Both the position numbers and the translations under genes were made by a program. 64,000 bases of DNA, from NCBI GenBank assembly GCA_963850305.1, contig CAWKKR010000007.1, forward strand, positions 1,024,001 to 1,088,000, written 5' to 3'. Below are positions 50,023-58,928 of the stretch, one piece after another. Each line of letters begins with the position of its first letter. Positions within the stretch are counted from its first letter, which is position 1. Source of the DNA: an uncultured delta proteobacterium (GTDB taxonomy: Bacteria; Myxococcota_A; Polyangia; Polyangiales; Polyangiaceae). The notes under the pieces were generated by a model. The model did no database searches, was not told the DNA's origin, and saw only the letters and a list, made by a program, of their open reading frames with translations.

Positions 50023-51101
50023 GCTCCGCTCCCGAAAGTGCGCGACGAGAGCCCGCGCTCGGCTTGCTTCGGGTGCTGCGAGACGACGGTCGCACCAATC
50101 CCGCGACCGATCCGTTCCTCGCACCCGAGAGTCTCCTCGCGATGCATCGCGAGATGTGTCGAGCTCGAGCGCTGGACAGGGCGCTCATCGCGCTGCAGAG
50201 GCAGGGGCGCGTCGGGTATCACAGCGCGGCAATGGGGCAGGAAGCGGTACCCGTGGGCACGGCGTTCGCGGTCGAGAGCAGCGATTGGGTCTTCCCTGCT
50301 CTGCGCGAAGGGGCCCTGCTCCTGGCACGCGGGTTCCCCCTCGCCCGGTACCTCGCGCAGGCGTTCGGCACGGCCGAGGATGCGCAGAAGGGACGCCAGA
50401 TGCCGGGTCACGCGGGTGCGCGATCATTCAACCTCGTCTCCTCGTCGAGCTCCGTCGCGTCGCAGCTGCCGCAGGCCGTGGGCGCCGCGATGGCGGCGAG
50501 GAAGGCCGGCTCGCGCTCGATCACGATCGGTTTCGTCGGCGACGGCGGAACCAGCTCGCCCGATTTCCACGCCGCGCTCAACTTCGCCGGCGTGTTCCGC
50601 GCCCCGTGCGTCGTGATCTGCCAGAACAACCAGTGGGCCATCAGCACCCCGACGAGCCGTCAGACCGCGTCGGAGACGTTTGCGATCAAGGCCGTCGCTT
50701 ACGGGGTACCGGGCGTCCGCGTGGACGGCAACGATATCCTTGCGGTACATCGAGCGGTCGTCGATGCGCGCGTGCGCGCCGTCGCCGGGGGCGGCCCGAC
50801 GCTCATCGAGTGCGTCACGTATCGCATGAGCGCTCATTCCACGAGCGACGATCCTTCGCGCTACGAAGCCCCTGCCGAGCGTGAAGCCTGGGCCGCGCGC
50901 GACCCCATCGAACGCTTCCGACGGCATCTAGAGTACCTCGGCATCGTGGATCAATCGACGGAGGCGAGCCTTGCAGCGCAGATCGACGCCGATATATCGA
51001 AGGCAGTCACCGCGGCGGAAGCGGGGGCGCGCCCCGACCGGTCCACCTTGTTCGACGACGTTTACGCCAATCGGCCATGGCACCTGGCCGAGCAAGCATG
51101 A
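50019..51101 (+). CDS. 2-oxoacid dehydrogenase E1 alpha subunit (TPP-dependent)
   Basis: LQRQGRVG, GQEA, KGRQMPGH, GDGGTS..NNQWAIS TPP motif, VDGND, YRMSAHSTSDDPSRY. Confidence 0.93.
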   Translation: MSSAPESARREPALGLLRVLRDDGRTNPATDPFLAPESLLAMHREMCRARALDRALIALQRQGRVGYHSAAMGQEAVPVGTAFAVESSDWVFPALREGALLLARGFPLARYLAQAFGTAEDAQKGRQMPGHAGARSFNLVSSSSSVASQLPQAVGAAMAARKAGSRSITIGFVGDGGTSSPDFHAALNFAGVFRAPCVVICQNNQWAISTPTSRQTASETFAIKAVAYGVPGVRVDGNDILAVHRAVVDARVRAVAGGGPTLIECVTYRMSAHSTSDDPSRYEAPAEREAWAARDPIERFRRHLEYLGIVDQSTEASLAAQIDADISKAVTAAEAGARPDRSTLFDDVYANRPWHLAEQA

Positions 51102-51120
51102 ATGAAATGAGCACTCTCGC

Positions 51121-52530
51121 ATGACGACGAAGGCTTATGACGCGGTGGTCCTCGGCGGCGGCCCCGGTGGCTACGTGTGCGCGATTCGTCTGGGCCAGCT
51201 CGGCGTGAAGACGGCGTGCATCGAGAGCGACGAGCTCGGCGGCGTATGTCTCAACTGGGGCTGCATCCCGTCCAAGGCGCTGATCAGCGCTGCTCACCTC
51301 TACGAGAAGTCGGCGACGGCGTCCGAGATCGGCATCGTCATCGACGGGATTCGTCTCGACCCGAACGCGCTCCAGGACTGGAAGAACAAGATCGTCAAGA
51401 AGCTGACGTCGGGGGTTCGCACGCTGCTGAAGGCGAACGGCGTCGACGTCATCGAAGGTCGCGGGCGTCTCGTGGCGAGAGACGTCGTCGAGGTCTCGAG
51501 CGCGAGCGGCGCTACGGTGCGCGTCTCGGCGACGAAGGGCGTCGTCATCGCGACCGGCTCGGCGACGATCGAGCTTCCCGGCTTCCCCTTCGACGGGGAG
51601 ACGGTCTTCGGAGCTCGCGAGGCAGTGAGCTTGAGGCGCGTCCCGAAGCGCCTCGTCGTCATCGGCGGCGGCGTCATCGGGCTCGAGCTCGGTATGGCCT
51701 ACCAGAAGTTCGGGAGCGAGCTCACCGTCATCGAGCTCACGGACTCCATCCTTCCGGGCATCGACCGCGAATGCGTCAAGGTCGTCGAGCGCCGGATGAA
51801 AAAGCTCGGCGCGACCCTCCTGACGAGCGCCCGGGCCGAACGAGCGGAGAGACGCCCCGACGGCAGCGCGGTCGTGCACGTTGCAACGGGCGACGGGGCG
51901 CAGGCGCTCCCGTGCGATGCGGTACTCGTCGCCGTGGGCATGAAGCCGCGCTCGCGGGGCATCGGGCTCGAAGAGCAGGGCGTGGCCATCGACGCGAGGG
52001 GGTTCGTCACGACGAACGAGCGGGCGGAGACGAACGTCGCCGGCATCTTCGCGATAGGCGACGTCGCCGGGATGCCGATGCTCGCTCACAAGGCGATGAA
52101 AGAGGGCGAGGTCTGCGCCGAGGTCATCGCGGGGCAGGCTTCGGCCAAGGACTGGGTCACGGTGCCGTCGATCATCTTCACAGATCCGGAGGTGGCGAGC
52201 GTCGGAGTGTCCGAAGAAGCCGCCCAGGTCGCCGGTCAGGCCGTGACGATAGGCAGGTTTCCCTTCGCGGCCCTCGGACGCGCGATGTCGATCCGGGAGA
52301 CGGACGGTATCGCCAAGGTGGTCTCCGACGGCGCGGGTCGCATTCTCGGTATCCATCTGGTCGGCCCGTCTGCAAGCGACCTGATCAGCGAAGCAGTCCT
52401 CGCGCTGGAGATGGCTGCCACGACGGAAGACGTGGCTCTGTCGATGCATCCCCATCCGACTCTCGGGGAAGGCCTCATGGAAGCCTCGGCTGCGTCGCTC
52501 GGGAAAGCCATTCACGTCGTGAACCGCTGA
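51121..52530 (+). CDS. lpdA: Dihydrolipoamide dehydrogenase
   Basis: GGGPGGY, GGVCLNWGCIPSK, GGGVIGLE, HPHPTLGE. Confidence 0.97.
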   Translation: MTTKAYDAVVLGGGPGGYVCAIRLGQLGVKTACIESDELGGVCLNWGCIPSKALISAAHLYEKSATASEIGIVIDGIRLDPNALQDWKNKIVKKLTSGVRTLLKANGVDVIEGRGRLVARDVVEVSSASGATVRVSATKGVVIATGSATIELPGFPFDGETVFGAREAVSLRRVPKRLVVIGGGVIGLELGMAYQKFGSELTVIELTDSILPGIDRECVKVVERRMKKLGATLLTSARAERAERRPDGSAVVHVATGDGAQALPCDAVLVAVGMKPRSRGIGLEEQGVAIDARGFVTTNERAETNVAGIFAIGDVAGMPMLAHKAMKEGEVCAEVIAGQASAKDWVTVPSIIFTDPEVASVGVSEEAAQVAGQAVTIGRFPFAALGRAMSIRETDGIAKVVSDGAGRILGIHLVGPSASDLISEAVLALEMAATTEDVALSMHPHPTLGEGLMEASAASLGKAIHVVNR

Positions 52531-52675
52531 GCGCCGGCGGCCCCCAGCGGCGCGGGCAATGGAGGCCCATGGGGCGCTACCGGTGGGGTCGCTTCCCGCG
52601 TGGCTTGGCCGGGACCTCCGGGGGCGGGTAGTTTGCCCCTGTCGTCCGAGGCTCGGCCGTGTGAAGCTTCGGGAC

Positions 52676-53404
52676 ATGGGGCTCTTCGATCGAATGAGCC
52701 GAGCCGCTTCGGCCAACTTCAACGCGCTCGTCGCGAAGCTCGAGGATCCTCGGAAGGAGATCGAGCTCACCATTCGCGAGATGGAGGACCTCGTGCGGTC
52801 GGCGCGGCAGGAGATCGTCCGCACGATCGCGTCGGAGAAACAGGCGCGCAAGCGCATCGATGACCTGGCACCGGAGATTGCGCGGTGGGAGAGGAGAGCC
52901 GAGCTCGCCGTCGAGCACGGCGATGACGACCTGGCGCGCGAAGCTCTCCGCCAGAAGCGGCGTCTAGTCGCCGAGGGCGAACGCGCCGAAGCGCTGCGCA
53001 AGGAGCATCTCGCCATCGCGCTGGACCAGCGCGCGGAGCTCGAGCGCATGGAGCGGACCGTCGTCGACGTGAAAGGGAAGAAAGGTCTCCTCGCGGCGAA
53101 GGTCGGACAGGCGCGGTCCGTCGGGGGCCCCGAGGGACTCGGCGCGCGACCCGGCGCCGACGCCTTCGGCGAGTTCCGGCGCATGGAGGACCAGATCGAG
53201 GGCGTCGAAGCCGCCATCGCCGCGGACCGCGAGGTGCGCGATCTGCTCGGCGCGAAGTCATCTCCCGCGGGCCTCACCGGCGACGAGGTCGAAGCCAAGT
53301 TCCGCGAGCTCGAGCGCGGCGCGCCCGATGTGAAGCCCAAGCCGGACGACGTCGATGACGAGCTCACGGCGCTCAAGACCAGGATCCGCGTCGGGCCGGG
53401 ATGA
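52676..53404 (+). CDS. pspA: PspA/IM30 family protein
   Basis: MGLFDRMSR..ANFNALVAKLEDP, WERRAELAV..GDDDLAREAL, long coiled coil, C-terminal VDDELTALK. Confidence 0.9.
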   Translation: MGLFDRMSRAASANFNALVAKLEDPRKEIELTIREMEDLVRSARQEIVRTIASEKQARKRIDDLAPEIARWERRAELAVEHGDDDLAREALRQKRRLVAEGERAEALRKEHLAIALDQRAELERMERTVVDVKGKKGLLAAKVGQARSVGGPEGLGARPGADAFGEFRRMEDQIEGVEAAIAADREVRDLLGAKSSPAGLTGDEVEAKFRELERGAPDVKPKPDDVDDELTALKTRIRVGPG

Positions 53405-55734
53405 CCGAGCGTCTCGTCGTCTGCTTCCGTTCACCCGAGCTCGTCATCGAGCCGCGCGCGTACCTTTCGGCTGCCCACACGGTCGTCGAGCGGGCGCTCG
53501 GAATGGGCGGCCGTCTCATCGCGTGGGGTGCGACCGTTCACGCCTTCTCGTTCGACCCTGACGCTCTCGCGGCCGGCATCGAGCTCTGTCTGGCGGTGCT
53601 CCGCGAAGCGACGCCGGGCAAGGAGCATGGCGTCGGGATCAGCGCGGGTTCCCTCGAAGACGCGAAAGAGCCCGGCGCGAACGTCACCTTGACCTGGGGT
53701 TACCCCCTCGTCTGCTCGACCGCGCTGGCTCGCGCAGCGCGACCCGGGGAGATCCTGGTCGATCCGACCGTGGGCGCCGCGAAGCGGGGCGAGCTCCTGA
53801 CCGTCGGTTCGCGCGTCGGGGTGTACGGCACGCTCCGGATGCGAGGGCTCTTGCTCGACGTGAAGCACCCGTGGCGCACCTCGCTCGCCGCCACGGGTGG
53901 CGTCGCTCGGCCGGCGCTGGTCGGTGACCTGCTCGACGTCGAGGCGCCGCCGGGGACCATCACGTTCGTGCGCGCGGGCCGCGGGTTCGGCGGGTCGCGG
54001 ATGCTCGAGCGCATCGAGCAAGCGCTCGAGCCGGCGCGTGTTCTCCACGTGACGCCGCATCCGTTCGGCGAGCCGCTCGGCGCGCTCCGGCGTGCGATGC
54101 TCCGCGCCGTCACGATGGGACACGCCCCGTTGAATCTGAGCGGGGAAGCCGGGCACTCGCTCGACGCGCTCCTGGCGGGTGAGGGGCTCGACCCGGACTC
54201 GAGCGCGGATTTGCTCGTCGCGTGGCTCACGCCCGACTCGGTGCACGACCCGCGCGGCGCGCTGATCCTGGACGATGCCGCCGAGATCGACGCCGACACG
54301 CTGGAGACGGTCGAGCGCGCGGCCGCGGTTGCGGCCGATGCCTTCCGAGTCGTGGCTCGTCTCGGCGAGGCGGAGCCGGTTCCGTTGCCGCTCACCGGGC
54401 TCCGCGTGGCGCACACGACGCAGGTCGTCCGCCTATCGCACGAGGATGCGATGCAACTTGCCGGCGCCTGCACGGGGCGCGAGCTCTCCATGGAGATCCG
54501 GGAGAGCTGGGCCACGCGGGGCGGGCATGTCCCGCTCGCCGTCGTCGAGTCGGTCCGGGAAGCAGTGGAGGCAGGAGAGCTCGTCTGGGAAGACGGTGCG
54601 GCGATCGTCCGGCAGCGGTCATCCGGCACATCGGGCGCGCGTCCGCCGAAGTACTGGGTGAGAAAACGCCTGTCGCATCAGCCGGACGACGCGCGGCGGG
54701 TCCTCGAGGCGCTGGCCATCCTGGGAGGGCAGGCGGAGAGCCGCGATCTCGCGGACGTCATCGCGCGGCGCGCCGATCTGAAGCTCGACACGGAAGCGTC
54801 GGTGGCCGTCCTCATCGCCGCAGGGTGGGTCCAGCGGCTGAAGCCCGACGTCATCGCTCTCGCGGGCGCGACGCATCGGGACGCCATCCTCGCGACGCTC
54901 GAAGAGCGGGACTTTCAGATGTTTCATCGCGCGGCGGGAGAGATGTTCGCGCGGCGCGAGCGGCCGCTCTCCGCGGCCATCGCGACGGTGCACCTGGTGC
55001 TCGCGAGCGATCCCGTCCGCGCCACCGAGGTTGGCAAGCTCGCCGCGGGAGCGGCGCGCGCGATGGGCCTCGAACGGACCGCGGACGCTTTCGACGACTT
55101 TGCCGAGCGCGGTAACCTGGGGCCGCTCTCGACGCGCAATCTCTTCACCCCCCAGCTCGAAGCGGCGCGCGCGACGCCGAGCGTCTGGCCCGCCGCGCTG
55201 CGTTCGTCCGTGCCGCCGCCGGGTCTCGAGGTCGACGACGGCGGAGAGGACGAAGAGCCCCCGCCGAGCGGCGTCGCGCCGACCGATGGTATCCCGCGAG
55301 CGCGCGCGTCCGAGCCGCCGAGCGCGGCCGTCGCGGCCCTGCGCACCGGCGACCTCGAAGCGGTGGACCGCATGGCGGTGCAGCTTCGCGTGGACGAGGG
55401 GCGCACCGCGCTCGCGGAGCGCCTCCAGGCGATGGCGCACATTGCCCGCGGCGAGACAGGCGACGCGATACGCCGCCTACGCGAAGCCGCCGAGCAGGCG
55501 CGAAAGTCCGGCTCCCGTGACCGCTGCCGTGCGAATCTCGCGCTCGGGGTCGCGCTCGCGGCGGCGAGCCGTCACGAGGAGGCGCTCCTCGAGACCCTCG
55601 ACGCGCTGGCTCGGGCGCGCGAGATGGCCGACGCCAAGGGCGAGCGCGCCTGCGTCACCTTCCTCGGCCAGCTCGCGGCGACCGTCGGACACCACGACGC
55701 CGCGGAAGCGTGGGCTTCGCTCGTCGCCACGTGA
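53401..55734 (+). CDS. Hypothetical protein with degenerate class III cyclase-like, STAND ATPase-like and TPR-like regions
   Basis: GVGISAG and ALARAARPGEILVD; GRGFGGSRML; LILDDAAEIDADT; GGHVPLAVVE; C-terminal helical repeats. ATGA overlap with pspA. Confidence 0.6.
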   Translation: MTERLVVCFRSPELVIEPRAYLSAAHTVVERALGMGGRLIAWGATVHAFSFDPDALAAGIELCLAVLREATPGKEHGVGISAGSLEDAKEPGANVTLTWGYPLVCSTALARAARPGEILVDPTVGAAKRGELLTVGSRVGVYGTLRMRGLLLDVKHPWRTSLAATGGVARPALVGDLLDVEAPPGTITFVRAGRGFGGSRMLERIEQALEPARVLHVTPHPFGEPLGALRRAMLRAVTMGHAPLNLSGEAGHSLDALLAGEGLDPDSSADLLVAWLTPDSVHDPRGALILDDAAEIDADTLETVERAAAVAADAFRVVARLGEAEPVPLPLTGLRVAHTTQVVRLSHEDAMQLAGACTGRELSMEIRESWATRGGHVPLAVVESVREAVEAGELVWEDGAAIVRQRSSGTSGARPPKYWVRKRLSHQPDDARRVLEALAILGGQAESRDLADVIARRADLKLDTEASVAVLIAAGWVQRLKPDVIALAGATHRDAILATLEERDFQMFHRAAGEMFARRERPLSAAIATVHLVLASDPVRATEVGKLAAGAARAMGLERTADAFDDFAERGNLGPLSTRNLFTPQLEAARATPSVWPAALRSSVPPPGLEVDDGGEDEEPPPSGVAPTDGIPRARASEPPSAAVAALRTGDLEAVDRMAVQLRVDEGRTALAERLQAMAHIARGETGDAIRRLREAAEQARKSGSRDRCRANLALGVALAAASRHEEALLETLDALARAREMADAKGERACVTFLGQLAATVGHHDAAEAWASLVAT

Positions 55735-55842
55735 CGGCCGACCGCCGTGCGTCCGAAGAGCGAGAGCGCGCTTCGAATCCGCACCAACAAAATCTCCTGG
55801 AGGACGGCCATCGCGCCCGCAAGGACGGGGCCCCTCGCTCCG

Positions 55843-57225
55843 TCATGCCGGACAGATGGGACGTCCGGCGCCGCAGACCGAGTGCTGGCCGTCCGGGTCG
55901 ATCATGCAATTGGCGCTCGAGCAATCCGCGTCGCTCCGGCATCCGGTGTCCGGGTAGACGCAATAGAGGCCGAGCGGGATGTCGCAGCAGCCGCCGCTGA
56001 CGGGCGCGCAGATCCCTCCTGCTGCCGCCGTGCAATCCGTATCCCGCTGGCACCCGGCGCTCACGCACATCCGGACCTTGCGCTCGAAGGTGCCCGCTGG
56101 TGCGCAGATAGACCCTTTCTCGCAGTCGGCATTCGAGCTGCACTCGTCGGACGCGCAGACGTTACCGCCCAGCACCGCGACGCCATTGCACGACGGTGCG
56201 ATGGGACCCGGGTAACACGTTCCAGCCTTGCAATCCGCAGTAGTGCAGCAGGCGTCAGTGGGCGCTCCGAAGTCGCAGGACGTCGCAGGGGGATAGGTTG
56301 TCGCACAGACGCGATAGCCGCCGGGTGTGACCTCGACGCAGTGTCCCCCGGGGCAATCGGCGGCGTTGCCGAGAGTGCAATCGCCCGACTGATTGCCGGC
56401 GCCCCCCAATCCGCCAGCGCCCGTGCCGCCGCTGCCGACAGTGCCGCCGTTCCCGACAGTGCCGCCGTTCCCGACAGTGCCGCCGTTCCCGACAGTGCCG
56501 CCGCTGCCGACAGTGCCGCCGCTGCCGACAGTGCCGCCGTTCCCGACAGTGCCGCCGTTCCCGACAGTGCCGCCGTTCCCGACAGTGCCGCCGTTCCCGA
56601 CAGTGCCGCCGTTCCCGACAGTGCCGCCGTTCCCGACAGTGCCGCCGTTCCCGACAGTGCCGCCGTTCCCGACAGTGCCGCCGCTGCCGATTGCGCCGCC
56701 GTTCCCGCCACTGCCGCCGCCGCCACCGCTGCCGCCGCTGCCGCCACTGCCGCCGCTGCCGCCACTGCCGCCACTGCCGCCGCTGCCGCCACTGCCGCCA
56801 CTGCCGCCACTGCCGCCACTGCCGCCGCTGCCGCCACTGCCGCCGCTGCCGCCACTGCCGCCGCTGCCGCCACGTGCCGCCGCTGCCGACAGTGCCGCCG
56901 CTGCCGACAGTGCCGCCGCTGCCGACAGTGCCGCCGCTGCCGACAGTGCCGCCGCTGCCGACAGTGCCGCCGCTGCCACAGTGCCGCCACTGCCGCCGTT
57001 CCCGCCACTGCCGCCACTGCCACCGCTGCCGCCGTACCCGATGACGCTCGTCGCTCCGCCCGCGCCGTGGGTTCCCCCCGCGCTCGCGTCACCCGCGACG
57101 CCCGCGTCCTCGGAGTTGAACAGCGACGGCGCCGTCCCCGAACAGCCGATCACCACGAGCGCAAAGCAAAGCCCCAATCTCGTCACACTGAGATTGTTCC
57201 GCCTCCGGGCAAATTGCGCAACCAA
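55843..57225 (-). CDS. Gly-rich tandem-repeat lipoprotein with a Cys-rich C-terminal domain (start uncertain)
   Basis: Lipobox VIGC, GGS and GNGGTV repeats, C-terminal CxxxxDC motifs. Confidence 0.75.
   Translation of the reverse strand: MVAQFARRRNNLSVTRLGLCFALVVIGCSGTAPSLFNSEDAGVAGDASAGGTHGAGGATSVIGYGGSGGSGGSGGNGGSGGTVAAAALSAAAALSAAAALSAAAALSAAAALSAAAARGGSGGSGGSGGSGGSGGSGGSGGSGGSGGSGGSGGSGGSGGSGGSGGSGGGGGSGGNGGAIGSGGTVGNGGTVGNGGTVGNGGTVGNGGTVGNGGTVGNGGTVGNGGTVGNGGTVGSGGTVGSGGTVGNGGTVGNGGTVGNGGTVGSGGTGAGGLGGAGNQSGDCTLGNAADCPGGHCVEVTPGGYRVCATTYPPATSCDFGAPTDACCTTADCKAGTCYPGPIAPSCNGVAVLGGNVCASDECSSNADCEKGSICAPAGTFERKVRMCVSAGCQRDTDCTAAAGGICAPVSGGCCDIPLGLYCVYPDTGCRSDADCSSANCMIDPDGQHSVCGAGRPICPA
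56423..57035. repeat. Coding VNTR made of 18-bp (G[N/S]GGTV) and 9-bp (GGS) tandem units
   Basis: About 15 copies of GTGCCGCCG(T/C)T(C/G)CCGACA, then CTGCCGCC(A/G) runs, then about 6 more 18-bp units. Confidence 0.95.
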
Positions 57226-57375
57226 GTCGGCCCACGAGGCGCTTCGGCGCCGGGATACGGGCGGGAATGTGAAGGGAGATGCCGCGGGACAGGGCGTCGA
57301 AGTTCCCGGCGAACGCGCCGCCGAACTTCAACAGATCTGGCCCGATGCCCTCTCTCGGGCCTGGTGCAGTTCCGG

Positions 57376-58092
57376 TCACTGCGCTCGTCGAGTGTCGGCC
57401 CGGTCGTCCCGCGGCGCGTCGAGCATCGCTTCGTGGGCACGACGCCGCTCGCGACGCAGGTTCGCGTCGCCCTCCGCGTCGCGGTGCTCGCGGTTGGCCT
57501 CGGCGCGCGACGGCGAGTTGCGACGGATCCACGCGGCGCGCCGCACGACGACATCGAGGAGTGCCGCCGCGAGGACGACCGCGAGCGCTTCCCCCGCGAT
57601 ACGGGCCAGCACCGTCCCCGCGACGGCGAGGGAGCCCTCACTGGACCCAATGGCTCGCGCGAGATCCGGCGCCGAAGCGACGAGCCCGTCCAGCTCGACT
57701 CCGACGAGCGCGACGGTCACGACGACGCTGCGGGCGGCGTCATAGACACGCAGGCCGTCGAGCAACGCCGCGCGCTTCGCTCTCGACCTTCGCATTGCCA
57801 TCACTCCGCCCGTCTGGGCGACGCCGATGACGAGTGCGGTCGCCGCGGCGGCCACGATGATCGGTGCGGCGAGCATCGCGACGTCCAGGGTGACGGCGTG
57901 CATCGACACGGCTCGGCCCTCGAGAGCGTCGCGCAGTCGCTCTCGAAACCGCGCGGCGATCGCCACACCGAGTGTCGGCGCGGCGACGATTGCGATCCCG
58001 AGCGACACCGAACGCACGAGCATCCCCGACACGGGAACGTCTCCTGCGCGGAGAGCGCGTCGCAGGCGCTCGAGGGACGGAGAGCCGGACAT
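57376..58092 (-). CDS. Truncated FlhB/EscU (SctU)-like export switch protein, membrane domain only
   Basis: N-terminal PSLERLRRALRAGDVPVS and C-terminal SRAEANREHRDAEGDANLRRERRRAHEAM match FlhB/YscU landmarks. No NPTH domain follows. Confidence 0.7.
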   Translation of the reverse strand: MSGSPSLERLRRALRAGDVPVSGMLVRSVSLGIAIVAAPTLGVAIAARFRERLRDALEGRAVSMHAVTLDVAMLAAPIIVAAAATALVIGVAQTGGVMAMRRSRAKRAALLDGLRVYDAARSVVVTVALVGVELDGLVASAPDLARAIGSSEGSLAVAGTVLARIAGEALAVVLAAALLDVVVRRAAWIRRNSPSRAEANREHRDAEGDANLRRERRRAHEAMLDAPRDDRADTRRAQ

Positions 58093-58170
58093 GAGGGTGG
58101 TGTCCTAAGTTGCCTGGGCGCTATCGTAGGGCGGTGACCAACCCGCTTGGTCCAGCCAATTCACGGCCCG

Positions 58171-58355
58171 CTCGCGCAGCGAGCCCGCCGAAGGCGGCAG
58201 GGGAGCGGTCGCGTAGCGAGCCGCGGGGGCAAGGCAGGCAAGGCCCCCCCGGGACCCAACCTGCCCGCCGAAGGCGGCAGGGGGAGCGGTTGCGAAGCAA
58301 GCCGAGATGTGATGGGGTGGCACCCAACCCGCCCGCTGAAGGCGGCAGGGGGAGC
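58171..58355. repeat. Cluster of GC-rich REP-like repeats
   Basis: Three copies of GCCCGC(C/T)GAAGGCGGCAGGGG(G)AGC near 58183, 58263 and 58331. 58174-58248 is an inverted copy of 5194-5268. Confidence 0.85.
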
Positions 58356-58408
58356 AAGAGTGTCGCCTCGCGTTCCGGGGTTCGGCCGACGGCTCGGTCT
58401 CGATCGGA

Positions 58409-58858
58409 TCACGAATCGACGACCGTGACCTCGTCTTCCTTTTCCGCGCCCTCGGTCACGTTGAGTAGCTCGTCGACGAGACTCCCGAAGACGTCGCCGA
58501 GCGTCGAAGCGCCCTGAAGTTCGAACGGGACGGACCAGCCGCTCACCGAGACGAGCGTCGCGCCACGGACGTCCGGTAGTGGAAACTTCAGGGTGCACAC
58601 GGCCCGCGTGCGAATGCTCACGGCCAGCTCGGAGAGGGGTTTGGAGACGAGTGTTCGCGCTCGCTCGAGCTCTGCGCGCAAGGCGACGGCCGAGACCGTG
58701 ACTTTGCCATGCACGAGCGCCTCTCCCAGCGCGTGGATCGCGATGAACTCGCCGGGCGTACCGCCCTCCAGGTGATACTGGACGTTGTCCCTGAGCATCG
58801 CGTACAGGATCCACCTCCGCTCGAAGCTGCCGCGCGGTCCGACGAACGTCAGGCTCAT
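58409..58858 (-). CDS. Hypothetical protein
   Basis: 149-aa ORF with ATG start, typical codon bias and globular composition. Confidence 0.65.
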   Translation of the reverse strand: MSLTFVGPRGSFERRWILYAMLRDNVQYHLEGGTPGEFIAIHALGEALVHGKVTVSAVALRAELERARTLVSKPLSELAVSIRTRAVCTLKFPLPDVRGATLVSVSGWSVPFELQGASTLGDVFGSLVDELLNVTEGAEKEDEVTVVDS

Positions 58859-58928
58859 GCGCTAAGAGTAGCCCCATCCTCCGCTCGCGTCGCGCCCGTC
58901 AATGGCCGTAGTGTTCGTGCCATGTTAG

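Noticed and set aside
51007..53376. 789-aa minus-strand ORF and similar long antisense ORFs across the window
   Set aside because: Antisense shadows of well-supported genes (lpdA, pspA) caused by GC-rich codon bias.
55747..58137. Long plus-strand ORFs (796 aa and 450 aa) with Ala or Pro repeats
   Set aside because: Alternative readings of the stop-free tandem repeat; the minus-strand lipoprotein has a lipobox and a Cys-rich domain.
58171..58355. Possible CRISPR array of ~25-bp repeats
   Set aside because: Irregular spacing, spacers partly similar to each other, a dispersed copy elsewhere, and no cas genes.
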